DNA of 64,000 nt from Macrostomum lignano (Eukaryota), in contig NIVC01000384.1 of NCBI GenBank assembly GCA_002269645.1, forward strand, positions 186,001 through 250,000. The letters run 5' to 3'. The notes under the pieces are model-generated. The model was given only the letters and a program-made list of their open reading frames with translations, searched no databases and had not been told where the DNA came from. This document shows, in pieces, positions 1 to 11,899 of the stretch. The position numbers and the translations under genes are program-made. Each line of letters opens with the position of its first letter. Position 1 is the first letter of the stretch.

Positions 1-61
1 CAAAGATGGAAATGCCATGGCAACGAGTAATTCATAAAACCGCAGATTAACAGTCGTTCAA

Positions 62-3000
62 TCATTCAGTCTCCATCGGCTGGTCCTCGGACTTAGCAGC
101 AACTCGACGTCGCTTTTTAGAATTTTCTTCAACAGTCGCACTAGCTTCAGTTTCCGATGCTCGTTTCTTCTTTTTGTTTCTGGAGTTGCTGGCAGTGGCA
201 GCAAGTTCAGCCTGGCACGCCTGCAGGCCGCGCCGCAGATCCAGACTCTTTGTGCCAGACCGGATTTGTCGCAGTTGATCAGCCAGCTGAACTCTGGTTG
301 CAGCTGTTGGAATACCCGCCTGCTGCTTCGGCTGGTGCGATAAACGGCTTTGCCGAAGCAGAGCAGCAGCCAGCTGGAGCAGCGCCGCCAGCAGGTGCGC
401 CGAGGTCACGCCATTCGGTCCCGTCTCCGTAGACAATCTTTCAAAAGTCCACTCGGACAGTCGGGCATTGAAATCTGCATCGTGGCTCTCAGTTTTGAGG
501 CTGTTTTTCACCAGGCAGACAGCCAGGCTGATCACAGAGGCCAGATCGTGCGATTTCAACTGCGGGTCGAGCAGCAGGTCGAGCAGGCGAGAGCGCAGGC
601 CAGACAGGAGGCCGGGCCGCTCAGAGCAGACCCGCTGCCACAGTGCCAGGCCGCCCAGACGAAACCGCTGCTGCTGCTGCTGCTGCTGAGCAGGCGGCGA
701 CAGCTGATGCGAGAGAGCGTCAGAGAGACGCGACTCAACAGAGCCGGGCCGGATGCGGAGCAAAGCGGAGAGAGCGGCCGCTGCAGTCTGTGGAGTAAGG
801 GAGAGTTTGATGACGAAGTGTTGAGACTTTTGAGAGTTAGTCAAAGCTATCAGTATTGGTTCATGACACTTGACTGTAGATAGATTCACTGCATAACATA
901 AACTTAAAACTAAAAGTCTACACCCAAAAGCAAACCAAAACCCAGATCATAACCTAAATCTAAACCATAATCTAAACCTAAACTCAAACCTAAATCCAAG
1001 CCCTGACCTAAACTCAAACCTAAATCCAAGCCCTAACCTAAACTCAAACCTAAATCCAAGCCCTAACCTAAACTCAAACCTAAAACCAAGCCCTAACCTA
1101 AACTCAACCCTAAAACCAAGCCCTAACCTAAACTCAAACCTAAATCCAAGCCCTGACCTAAACTCAAACCTAAATCCAAGCCTTGACCTAAACTCAAAGC
1201 TAAATCCAAGCCCTAACCTAAACTCAAACCTAAATCCAAGCCTTGACCTAAACTCAAAGCTAAATCCAAGCCCTAACCTAAACTCAAACCTAAATCCAAG
1301 CCCTAATCTAAACTCAAACCTAAATCCAAGCCCTAACCTAAACATAAAACTTAAATTGTTGTCAATCAAACGTCTGCCTGTCTGTTGTGTACACCAATGG
1401 CGCCAAAAAAACATTTAAATTTGCCTTTTTCTCAACCAACCGCTGTTCATTTTGTACATTTTTTGTGCCCGAAAAAGGGCCGTTTTAATCATATAACGAC
1501 AGATCTACCTCAGCCAGTTTAGCTGGCAGCGGACTTTTCAAATTGGCCGCCAGCGCAGTCTCGACCGCCTTGGCCAACTCGTCCTCAACAGCCGAATCAG
1601 CAGCAGCTCCCTCCCCGCTGCAGGTCTTTTGCTGCTGCTCTGACGTGGCCGCCCGTTTCAACAGGTTCAGAGACCGCTGACGCAGCTGCTCTCGCTCGCC
1701 GGCTGGTGCAGCGGACCAGAAGCCGCCGCCGCCGCCGCCTCCAGCAGCCAGCAGGGCCAGCCGAGTTAAACAGGCCGCCAGCGACAGGCGGCAGCGAACA
1801 CCGCCAGCCAGCAGCAGCGGCTCCGCCAAGTCCAGCAGGCGGAGCTTCGCTTGACAGCGGCGTCGGCGACGCTCGAGGACGGCGGCGCGATCGCCGCGTC
1901 GACGACCGGGGCCGAGCTGGCTGCGGAAGGCCAGGGACAGCACCTGGGAATGTGGGGGGGGGGTGTTTGAGCCTTAAAAAGTAAGGAGCTTAAGCATCGC
2001 CCAGCAACTGAGGATCTGGGAGGCTGGCCCAGCAACTGAGGATCTGGGAGGCTGGCCTAGCAACTGAGGATCTGGGAGGCTGGCCTAGCAACTGAGGATC
2101 TGGGAGGCTGGCCCAGCAACTGGGGATCTGGGAAGCTGGTGACCCAGCAACTGAAGATCTTGGAAGCTGGCCCAGCAACTGGGGATCTGGGATGCTAGCC
2201 CAGCAACTGGGGATCTTGGAAGCTGGCCCAGCAACTGAGGATCTTGGAAGCTGGCCCAGCAACTGGAGATCTGGGAGGCTGGCCCAGCAACTGGGGATCT
2301 GGGATGCTAGCCCAGCAACTGAGGATCTGGGAAGCTGACCCAGCAACTGAGGATCTTGGAAGCTGGTCCAGCAATTGAGGATCTGGGAGACCGGCCCATC
2401 AACTGACACTCTGGGAGGCTGGCCCAGCAACTGACACTCTGGGAAGCTGGCTCAGCAACTGAAGATCTGGGAGGCTGGCCCAGCAACTGAGGATCTGGGA
2501 GGCTGGCCCAGCAACTGAGGATCTGGGAGGCTGGCCCAGCAACTGAGGATCTGGGAGGCTGGCCCAGCAACTGAGGATCTGGGAAGCTGGTGACCCAGCA
2601 ACTGAGGATCTGGGAAGCTGGTGACCCAGCAACTGAAGATCTGGGAAGCTGGTGACCCAGCAACTGAGGATCAGAACAGGCCAGTCTCACCTGGTCCACG
2701 CGCTCCATAGCGGAGTCGGACAGATCCGACGGGTCAACATCGGCCTCGGCGTCGGACGGGCAGGCGGCGTCACCCAGAGCGGACTTGCAGGCCCGCCGGA
2801 AGTCGGGATCAACGGCATTGGTGTCGGAGTCAGATGCCTGAATAATTAAGAAGAAACACAACTGAAAATCGGACTTAAATAAATAAAATATAACACGTCG
2901 AATTACCTCGCCAAATGAAATCTCAGATTCCTGCTCGCTATCGCCATCTTCTTCATCCTCGGCTTCATCCTGCTGGCTTCCAGACTCCTCGCTTTGTGCA

Positions 3001-6000
3001 TCATTGTCGCCTTCGCCATTCGCCTCCGATTCGTCGTCGCCTTCCAACAGTAGCTGAGTCAGAGAGGCCACTCCCTCCGGCGTAACCAGGGCCGCGACTT
3101 GCCTAGCAACCAGGCTAGCAACCGAGCGAAGTAGCCGACTACGCGACGAGGCTAAGAGGCCGACAAAACTGTCCAGCAGCACGTCCGCCCACTGCGGCTG
3201 GCCGCCGACTTTCTCTTTGCCTTCGACGCTTCGTCGACGACATTCGCTGATATCGTCGATGAGCGCCTGGGCGGAAGCCTCGTCAACTCCGGCTTCATCT
3301 TGGCTTGGTGGGTTGCGGCCAGCATCTGAGCTGCTGAATGAATACAATGGAGAGTCATTGTGTTTCTTGACCAATCAGAGTGCTTCAGTGCTTAAACTAA
3401 CTGACCAATCAGAGTGCTTCAGTGCTTAAACTAACTGACCAATCAGAGTGCTTCAGTGCTTAAACTAACTGACCAATCAGAGTGCTTCAGTGCTTAAACT
3501 AACTGACCAATCAGAGTGCTTCAGTGCTTAAACTAACTGACCAATCAGAGTGCTTCAGTGCTTAAACTAACTGACCAATCAGAGTGCTTCAGTGCTTAGC
3601 TTAATGAGGCTGTAGCCTAGTGGTCAGAGCGTCGGACTCGCGACTGAAAGGTCAGGGGTTTGATTCCCGATCCCACTGGAAAAATTTGTGTCTTTAAGCA
3701 AGACACTCAACTCTGCATTGCTTCAGTTCACCCAGCTATAAAATGGGTGCCAGCATTAGCTGGGGTAATAATTGAGGGTGCGTGTGGCGACCCCCCATTC
3801 TTTACCTGACAGCCAATCAGATAATCTGCAGCACAAATAAATATGCCAATCCCGTCAATAAACCAGATAAAAAGCTTTACCCTGTAGCCACATCCGCGCC
3901 TCCCGGCAGCAGGTGAAATCCCAGATGCAGACAGGCGATAGCAAAGCACCAGTCGATTCCGCCGCAAGAGCCTGCGGCGCCCTCCGCCTCATCGTCTCCA
4001 GCAGCGGAGGCGGAAGTCACCTGAAGCAGCTCCAGTCCCAGACTCAAAGCTCGATGAACTGCTGACTTTTTCGAGCTGATGGTACTCAACCTGTCAATCA
4101 GACCCTGCGCCAGGTAGCGCAAGCAGCGCCTGTAGCCTCGCCTGTAGGCGCCGCCGCCCGACAGCGCCGCAGACGACATCGAGTCGAGGGCGCGACAAAA
4201 TGCCGAACGAGCGTCCGTAGCAACGGACAACGATACGGCGTTGTTGCTAGGCAACAGGAACAGGTCGGCTAGGCGTAGAAGAATCCTCGAGCAGGACTTC
4301 GATTTGCCAGCAAGCAGAGTCCTGCTGCCAGCCACCAGCTGGCGAAGGGTCTGCAAGCCGAAGGCGATTCGACGGCGCCGAGAACCGGCCGAGTCTTCCG
4401 GCTGCTGCTTGGAGAAATCGATGGAGCCCAACTCAGCCTCGATTTGACTGCGGGATGGCGAAGGTGACTTGACTCACTGTCACAAACTGGATGCTCACAC
4501 AGCTGACTGTGATCAGTGACAATTATCACCTGATTCACTGTCACACACTGCATGCTCACACAGCTGACTGTAAACAGTGACAATTATCACCTGATTCACT
4601 GTCACACACTGCATGCTCACACAGCTGACTGTAAGCAGTGACAATTATCACCTGATTCACTGTCACACACTGGATGCTCACACAGATGACTGTGATCAGT
4701 GACAATTATCACCTGACTCACTGTCTCACACTGGATGCTCACACAGCTGACTGTGATCAGTGACAATTATCACCTGACTCACTGTCTCACACTGGATGCT
4801 CACACAGATGACTGTGATCAGTGACAATTATCACCTGACTCACTGTCTCACACTGGATGCTCACACAGCTGACTGTGATCAGTGACAATTATCACCTGAC
4901 TCACTGTCACACACTGCATGCTCACACAGCTGACTGTGATCAGTGACAATTATCACCTGACTCACTGTCTCACACTGCATGCTCACACAGCTGACTGTGA
5001 TCAGTGACAATTATCACCTGACTCACTGTCTCACACTGGATGCTCACACAGCTGACTGTTATCAGTGACAATTATCACCTGACTCACTGTCTCACACTGG
5101 ATGCTCACACAGCTGACTGTGATCAGTGACAATTATCACCTGACTCACTGTCTCACACTGGATGCTCACACAGATGACTGTGATCAGTGACAATTATCAC
5201 CTGACTCACTGTCTCACACTGGATGCTCACACAGCTGACTGTTATCAGTGACAATTATCACCTGACTCACTGTCACACACTGCATGCTCACACAGCTGAC
5301 TGTGATCAGTGACAATTATCACCTGACTCACTGTCTCACACTGCATGCTCACACAGCTGACTGTGATCAGTGACAATTATCACCTGACTCACTGTCTCAC
5401 ACTGGATGCTCACACAGCTGACTGTTATCAGTGACAATTATCACCTGACTCACTGTCTCACACTGGATGCTCACACAGCTGACTGTGATCAGTGACAATT
5501 ATCACCTGACTCACTGTCTCACACTGGATGCTCACACAGATGACTGTGATCAGTGACAATTATCACCTGACTCACTGTCTCACACTGGATGCTCACACAG
5601 CTGACTGTTATCAGTGACAATTATCACCTGACTCACTGTCTCACACTGGATGCTCCAACAGTGAAGAGTGACAATTATCACAAGTCCTGACAATCACAAT
5701 ATAAAAGTACAAATAATTTTGAAGGCGAGACCCCCCAGCTAACCTGGCGCAACTGTCCAGCACTTCAACTGGCAGCCGAGCCATCGTGTCGGCGCGCAAC
5801 ACCCGACACTCAACGGGCAGGCCGTCATCGAACAGACAATCGCAGCCTAGCAACCGCTTAGCAACGGCTATCAGAACAGACTCGTCGCTAGGCGAACCGG
5901 GCAGAAGCTGCTTACTAAGCAGACGGCAAGCAAACGAATGCAACAAAGACTTCCTGCTTGATGCGTGACTGCGGAGCTGACGACAAACCTCATCGCTGGC

Positions 6001-9000
6001 CAAGCAGTCGGTCAGGCAGTCGGGCTTGGACTCGAATCTCTCGGCCGGACAGTCGGCAATCCAGCTCAGCATGGCCAGGCTAAGGGCTTTGCGACTGGCC
6101 GACGATTCCACGTTAGCAACGGTTGCTATGGCAACTGTGGAAGCGAATTCCGATAGTAGGCTTTGCGATTTGGCTAGCAGAGAGTCGAGAAGGCGCTCAA
6201 TGCCCGGGTGGAGACGGCAGCCGCTCAGCGTCTCGTGGGATTCGTCGGCCGTTGACTGCAGAGGTTAGCAGGATTTGTACTTAGCCTACTCAGCCTCTAA
6301 ACAGACTCGCCTGCTTTCCAGCCATCCCCAGAATCCTTATGCAAGTTTTCTCTAAACTAAAAAACCAATTCCCTTCATTATCGAAAAAAATTCTCGTAGT
6401 TCCCCTACCCTCAGAATAATTCTCCTACCCACCTAATAATTCCCCTAGCCTCCAAAAAATTCCCCTACTCCCCATGCGCAAATACCTCAATTCTGATTCA
6501 TTTTAACCCTCAATTTCTTAATCCCACTTATTCCGCAATACCCAATTTTTCAACTCGTTATTCAAATTCAAACAAAATGACTTATACAGCATTTACCAAA
6601 CAGATTCGCTTGAAATGCTCAAAGTTAGCCTGGCTAATCAGATGCTTAGTTGCGTAATGAGATTTGATGTAGGCCCGGCTAACTGAGTCCTGCAAAATAA
6701 GGTTTGAAACAAAAATAAAAACATAAATTTGAATAAATTTTTTTTAAAATTGAAAAAATGGATCAATTTTACAATAATTAAACAGACCTTCTGATGCTGA
6801 TGACAGCAGAGTAACAATAGCAGCCCGTTGGCATCCAAGGCGTCCCAACCGCTGGTCAGTTTGTCGGATAATTTTTTAAATAGATTCGAACTGAATTCAT
6901 CTGGCGGAAGCTGCAGATGAGGAAGAAGGGAAAACCAATTATACTGAGTAGGAAAGTCATTGAAATAGGACTTCTGAGGTTGGGGTCAGAGAGGAGAAAT
7001 TTATGGGATCTGAGAAGAGATTTCTTAAATATGGGATCTGAAGGGAACTTTATAAAATATGGGATCTGCGGGGAACTTTATAAAATACATGCGATCTGAA
7101 AGGGGAGATTTCTAAGATATAGGATCTGAAAGGGGAGATTTCTGAAATATGGGATCTGAAAGGGGAAATTACTAAAATATGGGATCTGAAAGGGGAAATT
7201 ACTAAAATATGGGATCTGAAAGGGGAGATTTCTGAAATATGGGATCTGAAAGGGGAGATTTCTGAAATATGGGATCTGAAAGGGGAAATTACTAAAATAT
7301 GGGATCTGAAAGGGGAGATTTCTGAAATATGGGATCTGAAAGGGGAGATTTCTGAAATATGGGATCTGAAAGGGGAAATTACTAAAATATGGGATCTGAA
7401 AGGGGAGATTTCTAAGATATATGGGAGCTAAAAGTGGAGATATCTAAATATGGGATCTGAAAGGGGACATTTCTAAATATGGAATCTGAAAAGGAAAATT
7501 TCTAAAATATGGGATCTGAAAGGGGAGATTTTTAGAATATGGGATCTGAAAGGGGATATTTCTAACATATGGGATCTGAAAGTGGAGATTTCTAAAATAT
7601 GGGATCTGAAGGGGGAGATTTCTTAAAATTGGGACTTGACGGGGGAGATTATGGGATCTGAAAGAGATTTCTAAAATATAGGATCCAAGTGTGGTTTACA
7701 ATATCTATTATTAACAGGGCTTGACTGAGGGACCGTGACATTTTAAAGCAATGGAATGTCACAGATGTATTAGGTTTGCTATCAAAGTCAGCCCTCACAC
7801 CTGTTCAATAGCGCCAGCCAGAGCGCAGGCTCCAAAGTCCGCGTAGCCTCGGTCGCTGAGCAGCGGAACAACAGCGTCGAGCATTCGAGTCCGCTGCTCA
7901 GGGCGCAGTTTGGCGAAAGCGGCACCGCGGATTGCTGCTAGGAGCAGAAGACAGACACCAATGCGCTTGGAGGAGGCTTCCTTTAGGAAGTAGTGGAAAG
8001 TAGATTCGGATTAGGGATTGGATTAGCAGAGTAGATAAGGATTGGGAACTGGATTAGCAGAGTAGATTAGGATTAGGGATTGGATTAGCAGAGTATATTA
8101 GGATTGGGAACTGGATTAGCAGAGTAGATTAGGATTAAGAATTTGATTAGCAGAGTAGATTCGGATTAGGGATTGGATTAGCAGAGTAGATAAGGATTGG
8201 GAACTGGATTAGCAGAGTAGATTAGGATTAGGGATTGGATTAGCAGAGTATATTAGGATTGGGAACTGGATTAGCAGAGTAGATTAGGATTAAGGATTGG
8301 ATTAGCAGAGTAGATTCGGATTAGGGATTGGATTAGTGCATAAATTAGAGTTAGGAAACATGCTCTCGGAGTTAACTAAAAGACTTGCTTCCAGTAGCAT
8401 ATTATTAGAGTGAATTAGCAAAAGGATTAATGAAACATAATTAAACAAGAGTGGATTAAGAAGGCTTACCTGTTTAGTATCAACTTTCATATCTAGAAGG
8501 CACTTCTCTGCCGTAGCAAACGCAGTTCTTATCTGACTTTTAGTAAGTCTTTCCAGCAGCTAAAATGTTAATAAATACACTGTATAAAATTATTGACGAG
8601 ATTAATAATCTACAGCTATATGTAAATTTTTCCTACTTACCAACGTGAGTGCCAAGGAGAAACCAAGCTTTGACTCTGCTTTCTGACCAGCCAAGCCTTT
8701 AAAGAGTCTCTCCAGGCAATATGGAAGCATTTCCTTTGCTTCCACTTCCATGTTTTTGGACTTCTGTTCCTGTGTGGTAGAGTTAGATAAAGTTATCTTA
8801 AATTTGTCTAACTTTACTTAGGAAAGAAAATCACATTGATAAGAATTTTGACAAAACAAAACTCTCATTTTGTAGACATATAACTAATTATAAGTATCAT
8901 TATTTATGTAGACTGATGTATACACTAGCATACCAAGTGAAAAAATGGTTTTATTTCTACCAAGGTAATCTAACCTAATTTACTTATGTGCTAATGTATA

Positions 9001-10534
9001 TACTTAAAACAACTATTGCATTTTTATATAATCAAGAAATAACTTAATTAAATATATGTAGAAATATTAGTTTAACAATATAAGTTATTTGTATAGAATC
9101 CACTATGTCTATTCCTAATGACAATGCAAGTTATCACTACTAGTAGAAGCTTTTAGAGTTTATATTTATTATCATTAATAATTATTATATAGACTATAGC
9201 AAGTTTATAGAGCCAACTAAAACATATAGACATTTTTTCAAATGTCATCTCTATAAATAAAATTCCAATATAAATTAGCCTAGTAGCAGTAAAGTATAGC
9301 ATAGTAAGGAGGAACAATAAGGTAAAGATAAGCTGTTAAAACAAAGCAACTTTTTAGAGGCTAAAATACAAAATAAAGACTAAGATATCTGATTATGTTA
9401 TGGTAGACATCTAGCAAGAGGCATAGAAAGTGGGGATTGGGAGGATATACCCCCCCCCCTTGAACAGCCAAAAGTCTGTTTTCCCCTTTGGGGTATCCTA
9501 GCCCCTAAAATAAAAGAAAAAGCAGCAATATGTTGCAATTAACAATTGCAAAGTAAATTGATCTGCTTTTTGGAGGCATTATAGCATCTATAATGAGAGG
9601 CTATGTCTATCCTCTAGACAGGTAACAATTAAAAATTGTTTCACCCTTATTGTGTGCAAGAGTTCTGACTTCTACTGGCATATAGTCTGTCAAAGCTACT
9701 TAGTATGTCAATAGGCTAATTGATTCTATCATCATATTTAATGCTTAGAAATATGAATCAGCCAACCATTTAGATCATTGGTAGATATATTTGGCATGCT
9801 TGAATCTTATTAAGTTGTATTTAGCATACAAAAGTGGTATAAAAAGCTATTTGAAAATAGGTGCAAGTATCTCCAAGTTTCTATAACAAAAAATAGAAAA
9901 TTTAAAAGAAAAAGGTAAATCATTAAAAAATACTAAGCTAAAAGGGCAAAAAAATTATTAAATGTGATATTGATAATGCTATTTTAAAGAATTTAGTTAT
10001 CAGAACTTGAAGAATTAAGTAATTGCAAGTTTTTGTAAAAGAGTAACATACAAAAGCCTAATACTTATTTTTTATAATAATATACATATAAATATTCAAT
10101 TTCAATGTAATAATAGAAAAAAGGTCCTTTATTGTTGTAGCAGAAAAGTAGGGCCTACCCTAAAGTAAGGTTGCATAATTTTAAGATTTTGGTATAGATA
10201 ACAAGCTATATTTCCAATTTTTGGCATACTTGGCATTCACCTAAAACTTTGACCAAAACAATTCTGGCATATAGTGATATACTGGATACCTTCCTAACAG
10301 TAGATTGTATAATTGTAGGCCTTAGGCCTATTCTTTTAAAGTAAGTTAGATGCACTGTCTATATAGAATAAAATTTCTACTTACCTCTTTGTCTTTGAAA
10401 ATAGTATCAAATGTCAAATGTTTATTATCCTTATTCAATGCAGCTAAAGCAAGAAACTGAGCAGCTTTTTCACGCTCTTCATTTGATGCAGAACTTAACT
10501 GCCAAAAAATATTTGATATAGGGGTAGATGACAT
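62..10534 (-). CDS. MYBBP1A: Myb-binding protein 1A / Pol5-family nucleolar protein, 12 coding exons, 1192 aa
   Basis: Exons in transcription order: 10534-10385, 8769-8641, 8559-8470, 7980-7801, 6910-6788, 6689-6597, 6255-5744, 4447-3881, 3333-2907, 2837-2691, 1943-1509, 787-62. All introns are GT-AG with compatible phases; total 3579 nt. N-terminal motifs IFWQLSSASNEEREKAA and YCLERLFKGLAGQKAESKLGFSLALTL match the Pol5/MYBBP1A pattern (Y-x-L-x-RL-xx-GL-x-S-x-R-xx-AR-x-GFS-xx-LT). It also has an acidic central tract and a basic NLS-like tail (RNKKKKR...SKKRRR). Confidence 0.9.
950..1345. repeat. 30-bp minisatellite, telomere-like (CCCTAACCTAAACTCAAACCTAAATCCAAG)
   Basis: About 13 tandem copies in the last MYBBP1A intron. 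Confidence 0.95.
1999..2672. repeat. 28-bp minisatellite CCCAGCAACTGAGGATCTGGGAGGCTGG
   Basis: About 24 copies filling MYBBP1A intron 1944-2690. Confidence 0.95.
3369..3597. repeat. 34-bp minisatellite GACCAATCAGAGTGCTTCAGTGCTTAAACTAACT
   Basis: About 7 identical copies. Confidence 0.95.
3606..3800 (+). mobile_element. tRNA-derived SINE with conserved-core-like body
   Basis: A box TAGCCTAGTGG and B box GGTTTGATTCCC, with no valid cloverleaf. Body GTGTCTTTAAGCAAGACACTCAAC...CACCCAGCTATAAAATGGGTGCC resembles the shared central domains of animal SINE superfamilies (recalled, not searched). It lies antisense in a MYBBP1A intron; the 3' end is approximate. Confidence 0.75.
4472..5655. repeat. 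61-bp minisatellite
   Basis: About 19 copies of ACTCACTGTC(A/T)CACACTG(C/G)ATGCTCACACAGCTGACTGTGATCAGTGACAATTATCACCTG. Confidence 0.95.
7000..7685. repeat. 30-bp minisatellite ATATGGGATCTGAAAGGGGAGATTTCTGAA
   Basis: Tandem copies visible in a MYBBP1A intron. Confidence 0.92.
8003..8336. repeat. ~30-bp minisatellite GGATTAGCAGAGTAGATTAGGATTAGGGATT
   Basis: About 11 copies. Confidence 0.9.
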
Positions 10535-10779
10535 ATCACTACGAAGATTCGAAGAAGCACAGGAGAAGACCAATACAAAAATGTAATTGTAAAATTTAGG
10601 CCTATTTATATTATAATTAGACTCAGAGTCAGACTTGGTTAGGTTATGCAGAATGCAGATATTGTGCACTAATATAATAAAATATAACTAAATTAAAATC
10701 ACAAATTCAGTGTTACTGAAGAAAACTAAACTTGATTCTCCTGTCCTATCCTAGTATGAACTATTTTCAGTTTTAGTAT

Positions 10780-11600
10780 TAACTATTGAGTAATTCGTGT
10801 ATTTAGGAGTATTTATACAAAAGCATTAAATATTTATTAGGTCTAACTAACGTCTGAGATTTAAAAACTCAAAAGCAAAACTACGGTCTGGAGCCCGCCC
10901 GGAGCCGGAGGTAGGTAGGTGCACGTGCACGTGCACTAAACGATTATGATTATTAGAACTACTTTAATTATAGCGAGTTTTCAGGCAAGGCTTTAGATTG
11001 GTTGGGACAAAAGTTGACTACTTCTACTTGGTCTTACAGTCTCTGTCTCTGAGCTCGATTAGGCCTATTTATTACTATCATACTAAAATCAATTTCGAAT
11101 TAACTGAATGGTTTCAAAGAAATAATGCATGGTGGTAAGTTTTGAATTCAGTAAATAAACGAAATAGTAAATCAAAACTAAAACAAACATTTTATAGGAC
11201 GTATTTTTTTACGAAAATTAGTAGCAAGCAGTCTTTTATAACCGCCTATACAAACTTCGCTGGTTCTGTGGTTTATTACTATAAGAAATTCAACTTGAAG
11301 AATTATAGGAAACTTAGTTTCAGCGCATGCCAATCCAACCAATCTGCATGACCGCATCAAGTCTGATAATTAGAAAATTCGAAACTGATATGGTAGCGTA
11401 AATTGGAAGTAACGAATTGTAGTAACTTCAATACAATTTCTGGATATTTATATATATATAGGTTCGGCTGACAATCGCTGTTTTGAATTTATTTGTCGCG
11501 AAAGACATGCTCATGTGTTTGATATTTTGAATTTATTAGGCCTATAAACTTAGACTGGCGCAGCGTTAACTATTGTTAGGCCCCCTACACGGTAACATGA
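10780..11600. promoter_or_regulatory. Putative bidirectional promoter of MYBBP1A (-) and LRCH (+)
   Basis: The head-to-head ATGs are 1.37 kb apart. This CpG-containing island is flanked by CpG-poor zones and holds a GC box-like CCCGCCC (~10893) and tandem CACGTG at 10922 and 10928. Confidence 0.6.
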
Positions 11601-11899
11601 TTTTTTTGCTCTAAAAATGGTAAACTTGATACAGTTAATCGTAGGCCTATAGTTCTAGTTTTTACCCAAAAAGCTGGTGCCATCTTAAATCTTATTAGGG
11701 GGCCTAGGCCTGGCGCCTGTTCATGGGCTAAGTCTAAATAAGATGACTTAGGCCCAGCCTTGTTTGAAAAGACATCAAATAATATGTTAATTGAAGCAAA
11801 TCGCATTTTCTTAAGCTTACAGTTTCTTATGCTATTTCTATATCTACAATACCATTATTATTAATATTTTTGCTAATATTAGGCCCCTATCTTATCTGG

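Noticed and set aside
157-883. Plus-strand ORFs overlapping GC-rich exons (here and at 1706, 5786, 22260, 24817, 25002)
   Set aside because: These are antisense shadow ORFs of GC-rich coding exons.
3606-3680. Functional tRNA gene
   Set aside because: No acceptor-stem pairing and an irregular anticodon arm; it continues into a SINE-like body.
4472-5655. Arrays (34-, 61-, 33-bp) as CRISPR arrays
   Set aside because: There are no unique spacers between repeats, no cas genes, and the context is eukaryotic introns.
9415-9615. Decayed MITE (CAAGAGGCATAG..CTATGTCT) as proof of CpG decay
   Set aside because: TIR and TSD matches are too weak to reconstruct an ancestral CpG.
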